Part shown: positions 1 to 34,756 of the stretch, piece by piece
Numbering within the stretch: position 1 is the stretch's first letter
Layout of the letters: the number at the start of each line of letters is the position of its first letter
Assembly (NCBI RefSeq): GCF_009914755.1
Contig: NC_060932.1
Length of the DNA stretch: 64,000 nt
Direction: 5' to 3' (one strand)
Origin: the human T2T-CHM13v2.0 reference genome, Homo sapiens
The notes under the pieces: model-generated
The model's database searches: none
What the model saw: only the letters and a program-made list of their open reading frames with translations
Told to the model about the DNA's origin: nothing
Program-made: the position numbers and the translations under genes

Positions 1-61
1 TGTTCTTGTGATAACAGTATGTTTCTTAAAGAGTCAATATTGGTTTTATAAGCAGACTTAA

Positions 62-19480
<19,419 letters not shown>

Positions 19481-20277
19481 CTTCCTGAATAAATAACTTA
19501 AAGACTCAGTATAATCATGGCCAAAAAAAAGTCATGATATCAGGTTAGTTTGCCATATTTTTTAAAACTTATAATGCAGACTATTCTGTTTTTGTTTTTT
19601 ATTTGCAGAAAGATTTATTTTTATAACTTGGGAATATATAACCTGATATAATAGAAAATACTGTTTTCCCATTGTGTGTAGTATTTAATGCAGTAAATAA
19701 TAAATTAATACTGACAGTGAGGCCAAAAAAAATCTAAATGTTGCTTTCAGCATAATACTTTTTAATGCTAATTAAAACAGTCCCCATCATTTGTCTCTGT
19801 AGATTATTTTATAAACTGAGAGCTGCCTGAATCTTCTCACATTGACAAAGTAATTTGATTCCAAGTTTAAGACTAGTTTTCAGTTTGATATTTTCATGTT
19901 TTGTGTGCTTATGGTTAAATAAATGTTGAAAGATATTTTCAAGTTTACTTAGAAATTTTAAATTGTATTATTGCTGATTCAATTTGCATCATTCTAATTG
20001 CTCATCCTCTTTGGCAGTGGATTAATTCACTGTTGGGTTAATATGCATCTCATGAAATGATATCTTTTCATTCCTTTGTATACCTGTATTAGGTCAGTAT
20101 ACGCTTTCCATGAAATATATTTGCATTTCTAATATAGTTTACATTTATTAAGTTATAACGTATGACATTTTTCCCAATATCATTTTTTATACATTTTAAT
20201 TACTTAATGTTTTAAGAGTTCTCTTCCAGAGTTTTGCTTTTCAATTACGTTTAAAGACTGTAAATAACAAACAGTAA

Positions 20278-20570
20278 GGCTGGGCGCTGTGGCTTACGCC
20301 TGTAATCCCAGCACTTTGGAAGGCCAAGGCACGTGGATCACTTTAGGTCAGGAGTTCAAGAACAGCCTGGCCAACATGGAAAACCCCATCTCTACAAAAA
20401 ATACAAAAATTAGTTGGATGTGGTGGCCTGTAATCCCAGCTATTTGGGAGGCTGAGGCATGAGAATAGCTTGAAACCAGGAGGTGGAGGCTGTAGTGAGC
20501 CAGATAGCACCACTGCACTCCAGCCAGGATGACAGAGCAAGACCCTGTCTCAGAAAAAACAAAAACAAAA
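20278..20570 (+). mobile_element. AluS in the TMEM67 3' UTR region
   Basis: Sense Alu; TSD-like aaacagtaa/aacactgtaa. Confidence 0.94.
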
Positions 20571-21834
20571 CACTGTAAATGTATCATGTTTCTCACTGCT
20601 TTCTATGTTAATGCTGTGTAAATACTTAAAATGGAATACTGTATAAATATTATTTATATTTTCTCAGATGAAAATATATACTAAAACATTTGGTATTTCT
20701 GTTTTCTGTTTCATTAATGTATATCTGATGGAGTACCATTTAGGAATATAACATTATTGGGGCAGAGGTCCCAGCCATTGCCAAAGTTGAATCTTTTACA
20801 TTTCCCTGAATCTTGAGGATGACTGAAAAGGAAGTCTTTGAAACTGCAGTTTCTGAAGGATCACAGTACAGGAATGCCTTTATAAAAGCTGCAGAGATAA
20901 ATACATGTACTTATATGGCATGGATATTTAAAACCACTCACTCAGAAGCATATGAAAGAAATTCAACCATCATTCAACATAGAAGAAGTTAATTTTAGTG
21001 CAAAAGTTTTTAAGTATTAAATTTCACAATAAAGGATCAATTGGCTTACTTGCTGATAAATTAAAACAGAAAACATTTAAAATCATTCTAAATTTTGTAT
21101 GATATTTTTATTTTGGCTAGGTGCATAAAAATGTGTTCAGATTTTCATACACTGTCGACTCCTTTGTTCACATTGTCACAATTTACATTTCCTGATCATG
21201 TGCATAATTATTCACTAGATTCATTACCCTTTGTCTATTTCTGTAGTACCCAATCACTATACTTTGACTCTTATATCCCTGATTTTACTGATTTTCTAGA
21301 AACATTTGATTTCTCTTCATTTCATAATGAAACAAAACCTAGAGAGGTTCTTTATAAGCTGTTGTGTACTTTGGATGCTCCTTAGAAACATACAGGCCCC
21401 TAAAATACTTCTGTAGACCAGTGCCTCTGTTATGGGAGATTTGTAAATGCTTCCTTCTCTGGCATTGCTGTCCTAACTGCCTTTTCAGAAGGCTTTGCTG
21501 ATGACCTACATTGAGGAACATTCAAAATGATCATTAACTCAGCACTTACAAGCATGAAGCATGTGTTTTTTTTGTAAATATTGACAAATATAAGCTGAGG
21601 GGAAATAACTGTAAGTCAAGGAGCAGTGAGGAGTGTGGCTTAATGGAAAGTGCTCCAAATTTAGCAAAAGAAGCCCTGGATTCAAATTAGAATTTTGCCC
21701 ATCACTCATAAGCTTTGGTATCTTGAACTAAGTCATTTGCCATCATTGAGCTTCATTCTACATCTCTGCAATGAAAATAATATCCTTTGCTTACCACTTG
21801 TTGTAAGGATTAGTTTCGTGGGTGTGTGTGTGTG

Positions 21835-22132
21835 AGACAGAGAGAGAGAGATGGGGTCTCACTCTTATCACCCAGGTTGGAATGCAGTGGCACGATTTTG
21901 GCCCACTCTAACCTCTGCCTCCTAGGCTCAAGCAGTCCTCCACCTCAGCCTCCCAAGTAGCTGGAACAACAGGTGTGCACCACCATGCCCAGCTAATTTT
22001 TTGTATTTTTTTTGTAGAGACAAGGGTTCACCATGTTGCCCAGGCTAGTCTTGAACTCCTGATCGAGAGATTCACCCACCTCGGCCTCCAAAAGTGCTGG
22101 GATTACAGGTGTCAGCCACTACACATGGCCAG
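21835..22132 (-). mobile_element. AluJ/S inserted in a MIR, with (GT)/(GA) tail
   Basis: Antisense Alu; TSD aggattagtttc on both sides. Confidence 0.92.
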
Positions 22133-22844
22133 GATTAGTTTCTTAAAATGTGCTTTTAACATTGAGTAAACTATGAATGCTGGAATTTTTATTTTTAGTT
22201 TAAAATATCTGCCCCAAAATATATTTTTTTCTTGCTAATAAATTAATAATATGATATTAAAACTCAGATTACTGATCTCAATAACTGACCAATGAAAATT
22301 CTGAGCCTGCCTTCTTCCTCAGCCACCCCCAGCTCTGCCAGGAAGAGGCCCAGATAGAGGTCACCGATAGATGTAAAACATAAAAGAAGACAACACCCCT
22401 GTGGGAGACACAGTTTGTGATAGAGGGTGGAGAGAACAGGAAGAGTGGAGTATTGTCTCTGGGAGGGAGGGTTTTTTTCATTTGCTCATTCATTCCAACA
22501 ATGTTTCTACCTCTTCCCACTCCCCAGCCCCTCAGAAGGGTCTTATAATTTGTAAGAGAAAGAGGTAAATTAACCAGTAATTACAGCAATATGAAACGTG
22601 CTGCAGTACCGGGGTGTGATATAAGGAAAGCTCTTAACTGTACTTCTGGGTCATCAGGGCTTTGACCTCAGAGAAGTGGATTTGATCTAAGATTTTAAGA
22701 TAAACAAAAAAAAACAAGTGCAACCAAAGCATGGAACAGTATGTGCTCAGAGACAAAGCAGCACATGGCAGTTTGGGGCACTACGGGCAGTTTGAATCAG
22801 AGTACATGTACTGTTTATATTTTAAAAGTTGTCTGTATAAGATG

Positions 22845-23290
22845 TTTTGTCATTTTAAGAAACCTTCCCTTCTGGGGAGTGATTGTCCCTCCTGGGGCTC
22901 CCCAGTTCTTTTAGACAGCAAAGAACTCAGGTGGGAGCATACCTTTGATATACAAACTATAGACCTGAGCCACACCTCCTCTGTCTGGCCCTGAAACCCT
23001 AGGAGGCAATGTTCCTCTTCCTTAAATCATCCCAGGACCAGGTAACGGGCAACTAGGGATAGTCTCTGTAGTTTAGAGCACACTGAAATTATTCCAACGA
23101 GCCGATCCCAAACTGTTGACCCCACCCTGCCTTGCCATTTCCTCAGAAACTCCAGTAAGCACCCAGGCTCTGCCCTGGCTCCTGGTGCTCCTGCCTCCTG
23201 ACTGGTGCTTTCCCCCATGGCTGTGCATGGTGTGCCGTGCCATCTGTTTCTAGGACCTGTGAGTGTAAGAAACTTTCCTGTCTCCCCTTG
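22845..23290 (+). mobile_element. ERVL LTR (MER74-like)
   Basis: agacagcaaagaactcaggtgggagcatacctttgatatacaaact and atcatcccaggaccaggta motifs, recalled as MER74. Confidence 0.6.
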
Positions 23291-23534
23291 TCATTCCTCA
23301 CTCATCACTACATAAAAGGACACAGAACAGTATGTTTGGGGGCTTTGGAGGGCAATGAGGTTGGAAAGGAAAACAGGAGTCACATCATTAAAGGTTTTTA
23401 TGTTGGGCCACATCTCCATCACGTGCATGGAGTGTTTAACCAAGTTGGAGATAAGTGTTCCTGCTCTCTGTTCCTTGGCTGCATGTTGTGGTTTGCAAGA
23501 AAATACATTGCCCCACTGCCCATAAGAGAGGCAC

Positions 23535-23770
23535 CAAGGGTAGTAGTTGAGAGCACAGACCCTGGAGCCAGATTGGCCTGTGTTCAAGTCCCGGCTGCAC
23601 CACTTACTGGCTGTGCAATTTGGGCAAGTCATGATTAAATTGTCTCATCTGTAAAAGAGATAAATAGTACCTACCTCAAAGACTTATTGGGAAGATTAAA
23701 TGAGTTATTGTGTACAGTGCTTAGAAAAGTGCCTGGCACATAGTAAATGCTATGTGAATATAAGCTGTGT
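23535..23770 (+). mobile_element. MIR
   Basis: ctcatctgtaaaa...gtgcctggcacatagtaaatgct. Confidence 0.85.
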
Positions 23771-23959
23771 AGTAGTAGTAATAGTAGTAGTAGTTCCCAT
23801 TAATATTTAGTGCAGAAAGAGAGACCCAGATTAGACCCACTAGAGACTACATTAAGACACTGTCTCATTGCTGGGTGTGCTAGAAGTAGCAATAGACAAA
23901 CTGCCTGCCACACAGTTGTCTATGGGTTTTAAAAAATAACTGCTTCTGTTATTTTTATA

Positions 23960-25420
<1,461 letters not shown>

Positions 25421-25515
25421 AGTGAGGGGATTCGCGTTAATCTGTAACTTTTGGTTGGACTATCCTGAATCTTAAAGACAGGAAGACTCAAGTTTGTATT
25501 TGACCAAACCCATGG

Positions 25516-25534
25516 CTGACAGCAGATGGCAGTG
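25516..25534 (+). promoter_or_regulatory. Candidate CTCF binding motif
   Basis: ctgacagcagatggcagtg matches the core CA(G/C)CAG(A/G)(T/G)GGC(A/G)(C/G)T in non-repetitive sequence. Confidence 0.55.
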
Positions 25535-26102
25535 GAGTGCACAGTAACCTTTTCAGGACCAGGCTGGGGCCCTTCTGACTGTAGCTCAAAGGTAGGTGTG
25601 CTCACAGGACGGCGGAGGCAAGAGGAACGCCATTCTCCCCATCTTCCACTTCACTCTTTGTCCCCCTCCTAACTTCTGTCGTCTCTCCCTTTACTGCATC
25701 AGAGTGCTGGGCAGCTCAGATGACTACAGTGCATTCTAAATCTAGTGCTGAGTTTTTAAAACCCAGGTTAGGGAATTGAATGCTAAAATAAAGATGATAT
25801 ACTTTCATCCATCTCCTAGGGAATGGGATCACAAAACAGGTCATGCTTCAGAAAAAATTTAAGAACGAATTATCTAATGATTCAGGAATCTTCCTTCATT
25901 TTAATGAAATACATATTACATTAAAATCTCTTTAAAAATCAAACTCTTATCTAAAGTATATAATGCCCTTTATCTATATACAATTTCCCCAAATGGGACA
26001 CTAGGTGCTAAGGATATGGAGGTAGATAAGACATTGCCTCTACTTTTACAGAGCTTATAGTTAAAAGACAGAACAACAAATCAATAAAAGCATAGTAAGT
26101 AC

Positions 26103-26490
26103 TGTGTTCTTATCCTATTGCTTCTGTAACAAATTACCAAAATTGAGTGGCTTTAAGCAACATAAAAGTATCATCTTACAATTCTGGGTGGCAGAAGTCT
26201 GAAATGGGTTTCACTGCACTGAAATCAACTTGTCAGCCTGGCTGGGTTTCTTCTGGAGGCTCTAAGGAAGACCCCCTCTTTGACTTGGAAGGACTTCTGT
26301 GATTACATTGGGCCCACTGGATAATTCAGGATAATTTTCCCCATTTCAAGATCCTTAGCTTAATCACATTGGTGAAGTCCCCTTTGCAGTGTAAAGTAAC
26401 ATATTTATAGGCTCTGGGGATTAGGACCTGGATTTTTTTTTTTTGTGTGGGTGGGTAGGGGTGTGTGGGGGCGTTATTTTGCCTAATATA
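26103..26490 (-). mobile_element. MLT1 MaLR LTR
   Basis: ctgtaacaaattacca...gattacattgggcccactggataattcaggataat...attaggacctggat. Confidence 0.8.
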
Positions 26491-27732
26491 GAACACTATC
26501 TATCTGTAGGGTACAAGAACATAAAACTAGCATACTTAACGATAGTTTGGGTAGTCTGCAAAGGCCTGTGAAAGGGATACTTTAACTGAGACAAAGCAAG
26601 AGCAGAAGCTGGCCAGGACTATAGGATGGTAATGAGGCTGAAATTTTCCAGATAGAAGGAACAGCATGTGCAAAGGCCCTGATGTGGGGGCATCCTTGTC
26701 TACAGTGGGTCTAGATTGACCATTTGACAGAATTGACCAGATTCGAAAAGGGATTTACTTAGAGTCAAGAATATAGTTTCAAAATTAGAAGAAAATTAAG
26801 TGCCTTATTCCATTTTATTTGGGTTTTCAGTTTTTCCCATTACAGCAAACAGAACAAGATTTTGTCTTTTTTTTTTTTTTAGCTAGCTGAATGTCTTTCA
26901 ATCCACTGAACAGTTCTCATTTTTTAGAGCCTCTCTCAAAGCCATCATTACACACAGTTTTCAAAGGATTGTTACCTAGAAGGGTGACAGACCAAGCTCA
27001 GAACACAAAGCCAAAGTCAATGATCTAATCCTGTTTGGGAAAGGTCTGCTCCTTGCTGGGGTCAGCTGTTATTCTGATCTTGTTTTCATGTTGGCAGTTT
27101 TCTTTTGCAGCTGCTCTCATTGTGAGGAGTTAAGGGACAGCTTGTAGCAGACCAGGACTTTTAAAAAAAGATTTTAAAATGAATAATAGAGCTCTTTTCC
27201 TCTTATGTCACTTATTGAGCTTTGAAACTCAAGCCAGCTGATTGGAGATAATCATGGCCAGTGTTTGCATGGTGCTTTGATTTTTGATATTTTAATAAGA
27301 TCTTAGATGGCTTTCCATATATTCTTTCTAGCTACCTTGTATCACACAAGCACAACAATGCCAGCTGCCAGGGAGACTCATTAAATTGACATTTTAAATA
27401 TTTCTGTAAATTACTAGAACATTTTAGCTTTAACTCCCGGAGGGTAAAAGGCTAGAAGATTTTGTGCACAAGAGTATCTGTCCTGTTCTCTAAAGAAAAT
27501 GGAACTCCAAACCCATTCCTCTTATTCTGTCTGCTCTCCTCGGTTATAAAGCTGCAGGAAGAGCCATCATTTAATCACTTTTTTTTTTCTGTATGCTTAG
27601 GATAAAGAGGCACAGTAGAATTATAGCTAAGAGCAAAGACTTTGAATTCTGACAGGGCTGGCTTTGAATTCCCAACTTCTCTATTTCCTTTGCATATGAT
27701 CATAAGCAAACTCTCCCACCTCTATGAGTCTC

Positions 27733-28044
27733 TTTTTTTGTTGTTTTTGTTTGTTTGTTTTGAGATAGGGTCTCACTCTGTTGCCCAGGCTGGAGTGCAG
27801 TGGCACAATCTCGACTCATTGCAACCTCTGCCTGCGGGTTCAAGCAATTCTCCCACCTCAGCCTCTTGAGTAGCTGGGATTACAGGCATGTGCCACCATA
27901 CGCAGCTAATTTTTTGTATTTTTAGTAGAGACGGGGTTTTACCATGTTGGCCAGGCTGGTCTCGAACTCCTGGACCAAAAATGATCCACCCACTTTGGCC
28001 TCCCACACTGCTGGGATCACAGGCATGAGCCACCACACCCAGCC
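27733..28044 (-). mobile_element. AluS inserted in a MIR (27600-28170)
   Basis: TSD tatgagtctct/tatgagcctct. Confidence 0.92.
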
Positions 28045-28339
28045 TATGAGCCTCTTCTTTATCTGTCAACCTGGGTAATATCTGCCTCAAGACCGTTGTC
28101 ATAAGGATTGAAGGAGATAATAGAAGTACAGTTGTTAGCACGGTGCCAGGAATAGGTCAGTGTACAAAGAATACAGTACGTCATTATGACTGAATTATTA
28201 ATTTGACAGCCACAAAACAAATTCATGTGACACATTTACTTATTTGACTGCTTCTGTGGTATGTCTGAGGTGAGTATAGGTGCGACATTCCAGAGAAGGA
28301 GAGCTGGCGCAAGGACAGTGCTCCAGAAAAAACAGTAAT

Positions 28340-28790
28340 AGTTTCAACTGACCACAGGCTCAATATGGAACAACACTGGGATGACATTGTTAATGTAATT
28401 TAAGGCCACATTAATTGAGTGTCCAAAATAAAGGAGGAAATGGCCCCATTGGGTGCTATTCACACCTTATTCATGGTATTGTTTCTTTTTCTGAACATGT
28501 CTGGGTCTAAGTACTTTGATAATTGGATTTTATTGGGAGGATGGTGATCAGGACGGTGAAGGATGCTGAGATGCCCATGAAGCATAATAGAAGGAACTGG
28601 AGAAAAAATGAACCAGAACCATGATGGTGTCCTTCAAACATTGTCCCATGGAAGAAGGAGTTGATATCCATATAGCTCCCAACTGCAGAACTAGGCTCAA
28701 TGAATGAAAGCGATGAAGTGGTGAATTTCAGGTCAAGAGGGAAGAATTTTCAGATAATTTAGAGCTGCTCAAATATGAGTGGCTTCGTGA
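28340..28790 (+). mobile_element. L3/CR1 LINE fragment
   Basis: Degraded CR1 3' motifs (tgtccttcaaacat...ccatggaagaagg; gaatttcaggtcaagagggaagaattttc). Confidence 0.6.
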
Positions 28791-29127
28791 CATTTAGGTC
28801 CTTCTGCATATGCGTTGTAGAAATGAGACAGGGATGCTGAGAGAGGTTATCTCTCTTGGGGGAGGGACAGACCACATGGATTGCACCATCCTTTCCCAAT
28901 TGACCATTTGGGTGTACACATACAGCCTTCTCATACAAAGTTACAACATCGAAGGAGGCTGCCTACTTGGCCTCCTATGATGGTGAGCTCTGAGAACTGA
29001 AATAAGAAACCTTAAAGCTAACTGCCTTACAGGCAGAATAACCGGATCATAATAGACTCATTTCTATAGTTGTGCTATCTTGGGAAGTATAACTTATTCC
29101 ATAATGATGTGTCCAGTAAGTCCTTAA

Positions 29128-29433
<306 letters not shown>

Positions 29434-29852
29434 GTTAATCAGGCCTTGAGGGACTCTGTAAATAAGTGGGTTAGGAAAGAATCTGAAATGATGGGGATAA
29501 AGTGAAAGCTGTGTGACTCAATTCTTCCTCCTCCCAAAAGAAATGGTCTCCAAGGTTAGATACATGTTTAATTGGGTAGTGGAAAGTACACTGAACTGGA
29601 AGTTCAAAAGTTTAGGTTTTAGTCCTATCTCTGTTGATAACTAGACCTTGGCTAAATCAATTACACTTTCTAGGCTTCTGTTTCATTTATAAGCCCAATG
29701 ATCTCTAAGTCCTCTTCTTTCCCTAATGTCATGATCCACAATTGATAACCTTCTACAAGTAAATGCTGGATGAAGATGATTAATGTTAATTAGAGCCCAC
29801 TTGTTCTTGGACATGTCATTTATCCTAAAATTTAGTTTTATATATTTTTATG

Positions 29853-30160
<308 letters not shown>

Positions 30161-30351
30161 AGTTTTATATATTTTTAAATGGCAGATAATCTTGAGAAGG
30201 TGAGCATGGCAGAATTTATAAAAAGTACATCAGTTTAAACTGAGACAACATATACGAAAAAATTGTTATGACCTTGCCATTTGAACATGACCCATAGTAT
30301 GAATTATGCTGCAGCAAAGCTCTGAATTATTACCTCAAAATAAATCAACCT

Positions 30352-31190
30352 GTAGGAGGATACTGATAGTTGCCTGTGGAATATCCATTCTCCCCTTCTT
30401 CATTTTATTTTATTTTATTTTCTAAAAAAGACACAGAGTCTCATTCTGTCATCCAGGCTGGAGTGCAGTGGTGCAATCATAGCTCGCTGCAGCTGCAGCC
30501 TACCAGGCTCAGCCTGGGAGGGTGGCAAGCGATCCTCCTGCCTCAGCCTCCTGAATAGCTGGGACTACAGGCATGTGCCACCATGCCTGCCTAATTTTTG
30601 TATTTTTTCTTTTTTTTTTTTTTGTATTTTTTGCCTAATTTTTTGGCTGCCTAATTATTGTATTTTTTGTAGAGATGAGGATCCCACTGTGTGGCCCAGG
30701 CTGGTCTTGAACCCCTGTGCTCAAGCAATCTTCCTGCCTCAGCTCCCAGAGTGTTGGGATTACAGGCATGAGCCACCGTGCCTGGCTTCCCTTCTTTTTT
30801 TTTTTTACTATGGAACACTGGTTTCATTTGGGATGGAATCTGCTAAGTTTCCCTTGTGGCTAAGAAACCCTGTTTCATGGTGGCCAATGAGAGGCAAGCA
30901 GAAGTCTGCTGATGGGGCATCTGAGAAGGCTATTGGTTTCCTCATAAAAAGGAATAAACATACTGGTACACACTTTTTGCCCTTCTGTCTTCCTGCCTGG
31001 AATGTGTTCATGATGCCTGGAGATGCAGGAGCGTGAGGATGCACAGCAGGCAGGTAGAGAAGCTGGGTCTTTGACCACTATCTTGAGCAGCTGTGCCAGC
31101 CCCAGGCTGCATCCACTTCTTGTTATTGGGAAGGACAAAGCCCTATTTACAGACAAGTCTCTATTCCATGCAGCTTAATGCAATCCTGAC
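30352..31190 (+). mobile_element. MLT1-type LTR interrupted by antisense AluJ (30403-30787) with an expanded middle A-rich region
   Basis: tggccaatgaga...gaagtctgctgatggggcatctgagaagg motif; Alu sequence. Confidence 0.7.
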
Positions 31191-31334
31191 TCATAAAGTA
31201 CCTCCAAACCACCGCTCCCCAGTTGTTCCATGTCAGGTGCCATAGTATGAACTTATTTCACTTGACACCCTCTGGAAGGTCCTACCTCTTAAAAGAACAT
31301 GTAGCCATATGCATTCAGTGTTTTCAGAGAAGAC

Positions 31335-31390
31335 ACCACCACCATCACCACCATCATCATCATCACCCCCAACAACAACAAGAACAACAA
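31335..31390. repeat. Compound (CAC)/(CAT)/(CAA) trinucleotide repeat
   Basis: caccaccaccatcaccaccatcatcatcatcacccccaacaacaacaa. Confidence 0.9.
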
Positions 31391-31488
31391 GCAAGTAGTA
31401 AGTATTTACAATGTGTCTTAAGGAACTCTTGATTAATTGACTTCAAGCAGCACTACTTAATTCAGGAACACTTACCAAGAGAAAAGAA

Positions 31489-31790
<302 letters not shown>

Positions 31791-32391
31791 GTATTAACTC
31801 ACTTTCTTGAATAGCCCTTTTAAGAGTTATACCTATATGTTGTGCCATAAAACTATATTTAACTGCTAAGAAGGCAAACAAGACTATTGTTAGTCAAGTG
31901 TTTAGTTCATTTTTATTATAACATATTTCATGTTATATTTATGTTAACACTAGTTGTTTTAATGGCTATTCATTTTATAGCATATTGGAGTTTCTTGTAA
32001 CATTATGTGTATATTACATTTATGCCTATTTTATAGACATTATGAAATAATTTTACAATTTGAGGTAACTATATAAGTTAATACTTACCTTTGCTTTTAT
32101 GACATGCGGTTGGTTCTATTTATGGCTTATGTGATGCTGAGTTGTTGGTCAGGATGCCACTCTGTTATCATCATTGCCCTAGGAGGAAAATAGGCTCTTC
32201 TTTGCGGTAGTACACCTGTCGGTCGCACTTTCCAGGAATGCCTGCACTCCATTCAAGGGCAGAAATAGGCATAGTTTTCTTCTTCCTGTAAGGATTTGTC
32301 ACCGTATGTCCCGAATGGACAGAATAAACTACTTTCTTGAACTCTCTCACTCAAGTCTTTCCTCAAAATCAGGAGATTTCCTTTATGAGTG

Positions 32392-32392
<1 letters not shown>

Positions 32393-32441
<49 letters not shown>
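32393..32441. repeat. (CT)n(GT)n compound microsatellite
   Basis: ctctct...gtgtgt. Confidence 0.95.
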
Positions 32442-32443
<2 letters not shown>

Positions 32444-32830
32444 CTTTTCACTAATCAGCCGTGTTCACTTCCCAAGCACTAACACTTGCTACAGCACCTC
32501 CACTCCTGCTCACTGGATCTACTCCTCTAACTACCTCTAAGCATGGCCATATCCCTCAAATGCAGCCAGGGGCCTCTTCTCCCTGCGATCACATAGGCTT
32601 AGAGCTGGTTGGCTCCTCAGATCCTCTGTGGTTCCCACAAGAAATGCAGTTTCACCAAGCGTTCTGTGACTTTTTTTTAACTTTCTGAGAATTCGGGAGG
32701 CCCCATTATGGAACAGCACAACATCTCCTCTTTCCCTTTCTTTCTCTCTCTTTTTCTCTCCCCTTCTCTCCGTGGTATTTTTAATATATGGTGGATGAGC
32801 CAGTTCCTGGCTCATAACTCCCACAGCCCT

Positions 32831-33730
32831 TGTTACAGTCTTTTGTTATAATCCTGGGGGGCATTTTAGGCCTCAGAATCAGGCCTCAGAAAATAGAATC
32901 TTTCTCTGACCTTCCCCCACCCTTCTTTCTTTCCCCAAGACAGGAATCTTCCCCTACTTTTCCGTCTTGGAGCTGACCATAAATTCCCTGAGCTACCTTG
33001 TCTGATTGTAGGCCATAAGACCCCCATTTCAGAAGGGGTCCTGCCCTATAACCTGGAGGAAGGAAAACTGCACCAAGAAGCCAAGGAGAACCTGGACAGA
33101 CAAGCCTTGCTGGGTCTCCCCACTCAGTCTATTAGCATTAGATCATATCCCTTTGTCCAAACACATTTCTACATGGTTGTCAATCATGCCTATCCGAGGA
33201 CATCTCCATAAAAGGCCCAAGAGGACAGCATTTGGGGAGCTTCCAAATGGCTGAGCACATGAGATTCCTGGAGGGTGGAGTGCCTGTGGAAGCCCTGCAC
33301 CCTTCCCCCCATGCCTCACCCTACACATCTCTCCATCTGTATCCTTTGTAATATCCTTTATAACAAACTGGTCAATGTGTTTCCCTGAGTTCTGTGAGCT
33401 ACTCTAGCAAATTAACCCAACCCAAAGAGTGGTTGTAGCAACCCCAAATTGAAGCCAGTCTGTCAGAACTTCTGGAGGCCCTGACATGTGACTGGTATCT
33501 GGGAGCGGGGGTGATCTTGGGGACTGAGCCCTCAACCCGTGGGATCTGACACTGTCTCCAGATAGATAGTGTCAGAATTGAATTGGGGTACCAGGTTGGT
33601 GTCCGCTGCAGAACTGATTGCTTGTTTGGTGGTGGGGAGAAACTCCCACACATTTGATCACAGAAATCTTGTGTGTTGATTGTTGTAAGAGAATAGGAAA
33701 AAGCACACTGAGTGTTATTTTATCCACACT
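32831..33730 (+). mobile_element. ERV LTR, MER21A-like
   Basis: tttccctgagttctgtgagctactctagcaaatt and gtgggatctgacactgtctccagatagatagtgtcagaattgaattg (MER21 motifs), with a MER4-like 5' part. Confidence 0.75.
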
Positions 33731-34677
33731 TAGACCCTCCCTCTGGGTTCACCCAGGAGCTTCTTGTAATATAACAAGCCAAGCCCAGCTTCTGTAGACT
33801 CAGCTTTTACCTCAGACAAGATGGTATTTTCCTAACACAGGCAAAGCTCTCCCTGGTAGGAATTCTTGTTATAATCATCATGCACAAAAGCATTTGCCCA
33901 CGTATTTCCATGAATAATCAAAGAAAGTTCTGCCTTCGCAGAATCATTTCATGATCTCGTACTTTGATTTTAGAAGTGATAGTACAGTGAGGGTCTGGAC
34001 CTTCCTCAGCTTGTGATGATCACGGACACTAACAGTAAATCTGGATGAAGCCAGGTCCTTGAGACCCACAGCACATCTGGTATATTCACTCCTGTTACAC
34101 TCACATGTTCGGTGCTCCCACTTTCACACACGCCACATGGGGAGCATAGAAAGCACCCAGCACTAAAATCATTTCCAGTTTTAAAATCACTATGACAAGT
34201 AAGAGGAGACAACCCATGTGAGTGGACCAGGCCTTTCTTTGAGCCCCTTTAAGTGAAAGTTATCTTAGAAAAGGCCCAGGGAAGACAGGGGGCCTGGAGA
34301 ATGAAAGAATGGCCAGGTTAACAAGCACATGTGAGTACAAGGTTTGCATTTAGCTCAGCTGATGAAGCAAGAGATTAAAACAGACATGGAACTTGTTGAA
34401 AATTTTGCCAACAATTGGGCAAAAGATTTCTATTACAATGGACATTTTGACTCTCTTTTAAAGAAAAATAACAGCTGACGATGGTTTAATATTACTAATA
34501 TAACAGGACTATTTTTTTCTGTCATTTACATTCAAGTGAAAGCCATTCGCCAATCTTCCAACCTTTTGAGAATACCCTGTCATGTAATATCCAAGTGAAC
34601 TGGTGAGTATCTAGTCCCCAACCCAAATATTATGAAAAGCCCTGCCTCCTTCCAGGTTTCTGAGGATTCCTGGGAAG

Positions 34678-34756
34678 GTGTGCATGAGTGCATGCATGTG
34701 CTTGTGTGTGTGTGCATGTGTGTGTGTGTGTTTGTGCTTGTGTGCCTGTGTGTGTG
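34678..34756. repeat. Imperfect (GT)n / purine-pyrimidine alternating tract
   Basis: gtgtgcatgagtgcatgcatgtg...gtgtgtg. Confidence 0.85.

Larger units (their letters stand above)
19481..22265 (+). terminator. TMEM67: TMEM67 3' UTR region with multiple candidate polyadenylation signals
   Basis: AT-rich sequence after the stop; AATAAA at 19488, 19699, 19918, 21028 and 22237. Which signals are used cannot be determined from sequence. Confidence 0.6.

Noticed and set aside
31223-31432. ORF with poly-His/poly-Gln
   Set aside because: Translation of a CAC/CAT/CAA microsatellite; non-ATG start and no splice or homology support.
32147-32178. Minus-strand ATGATGA...CTGA box C/D-like motif
   Set aside because: The boxes are only ~15 nt apart, too short for a C/D snoRNA, and there is no second box pair.
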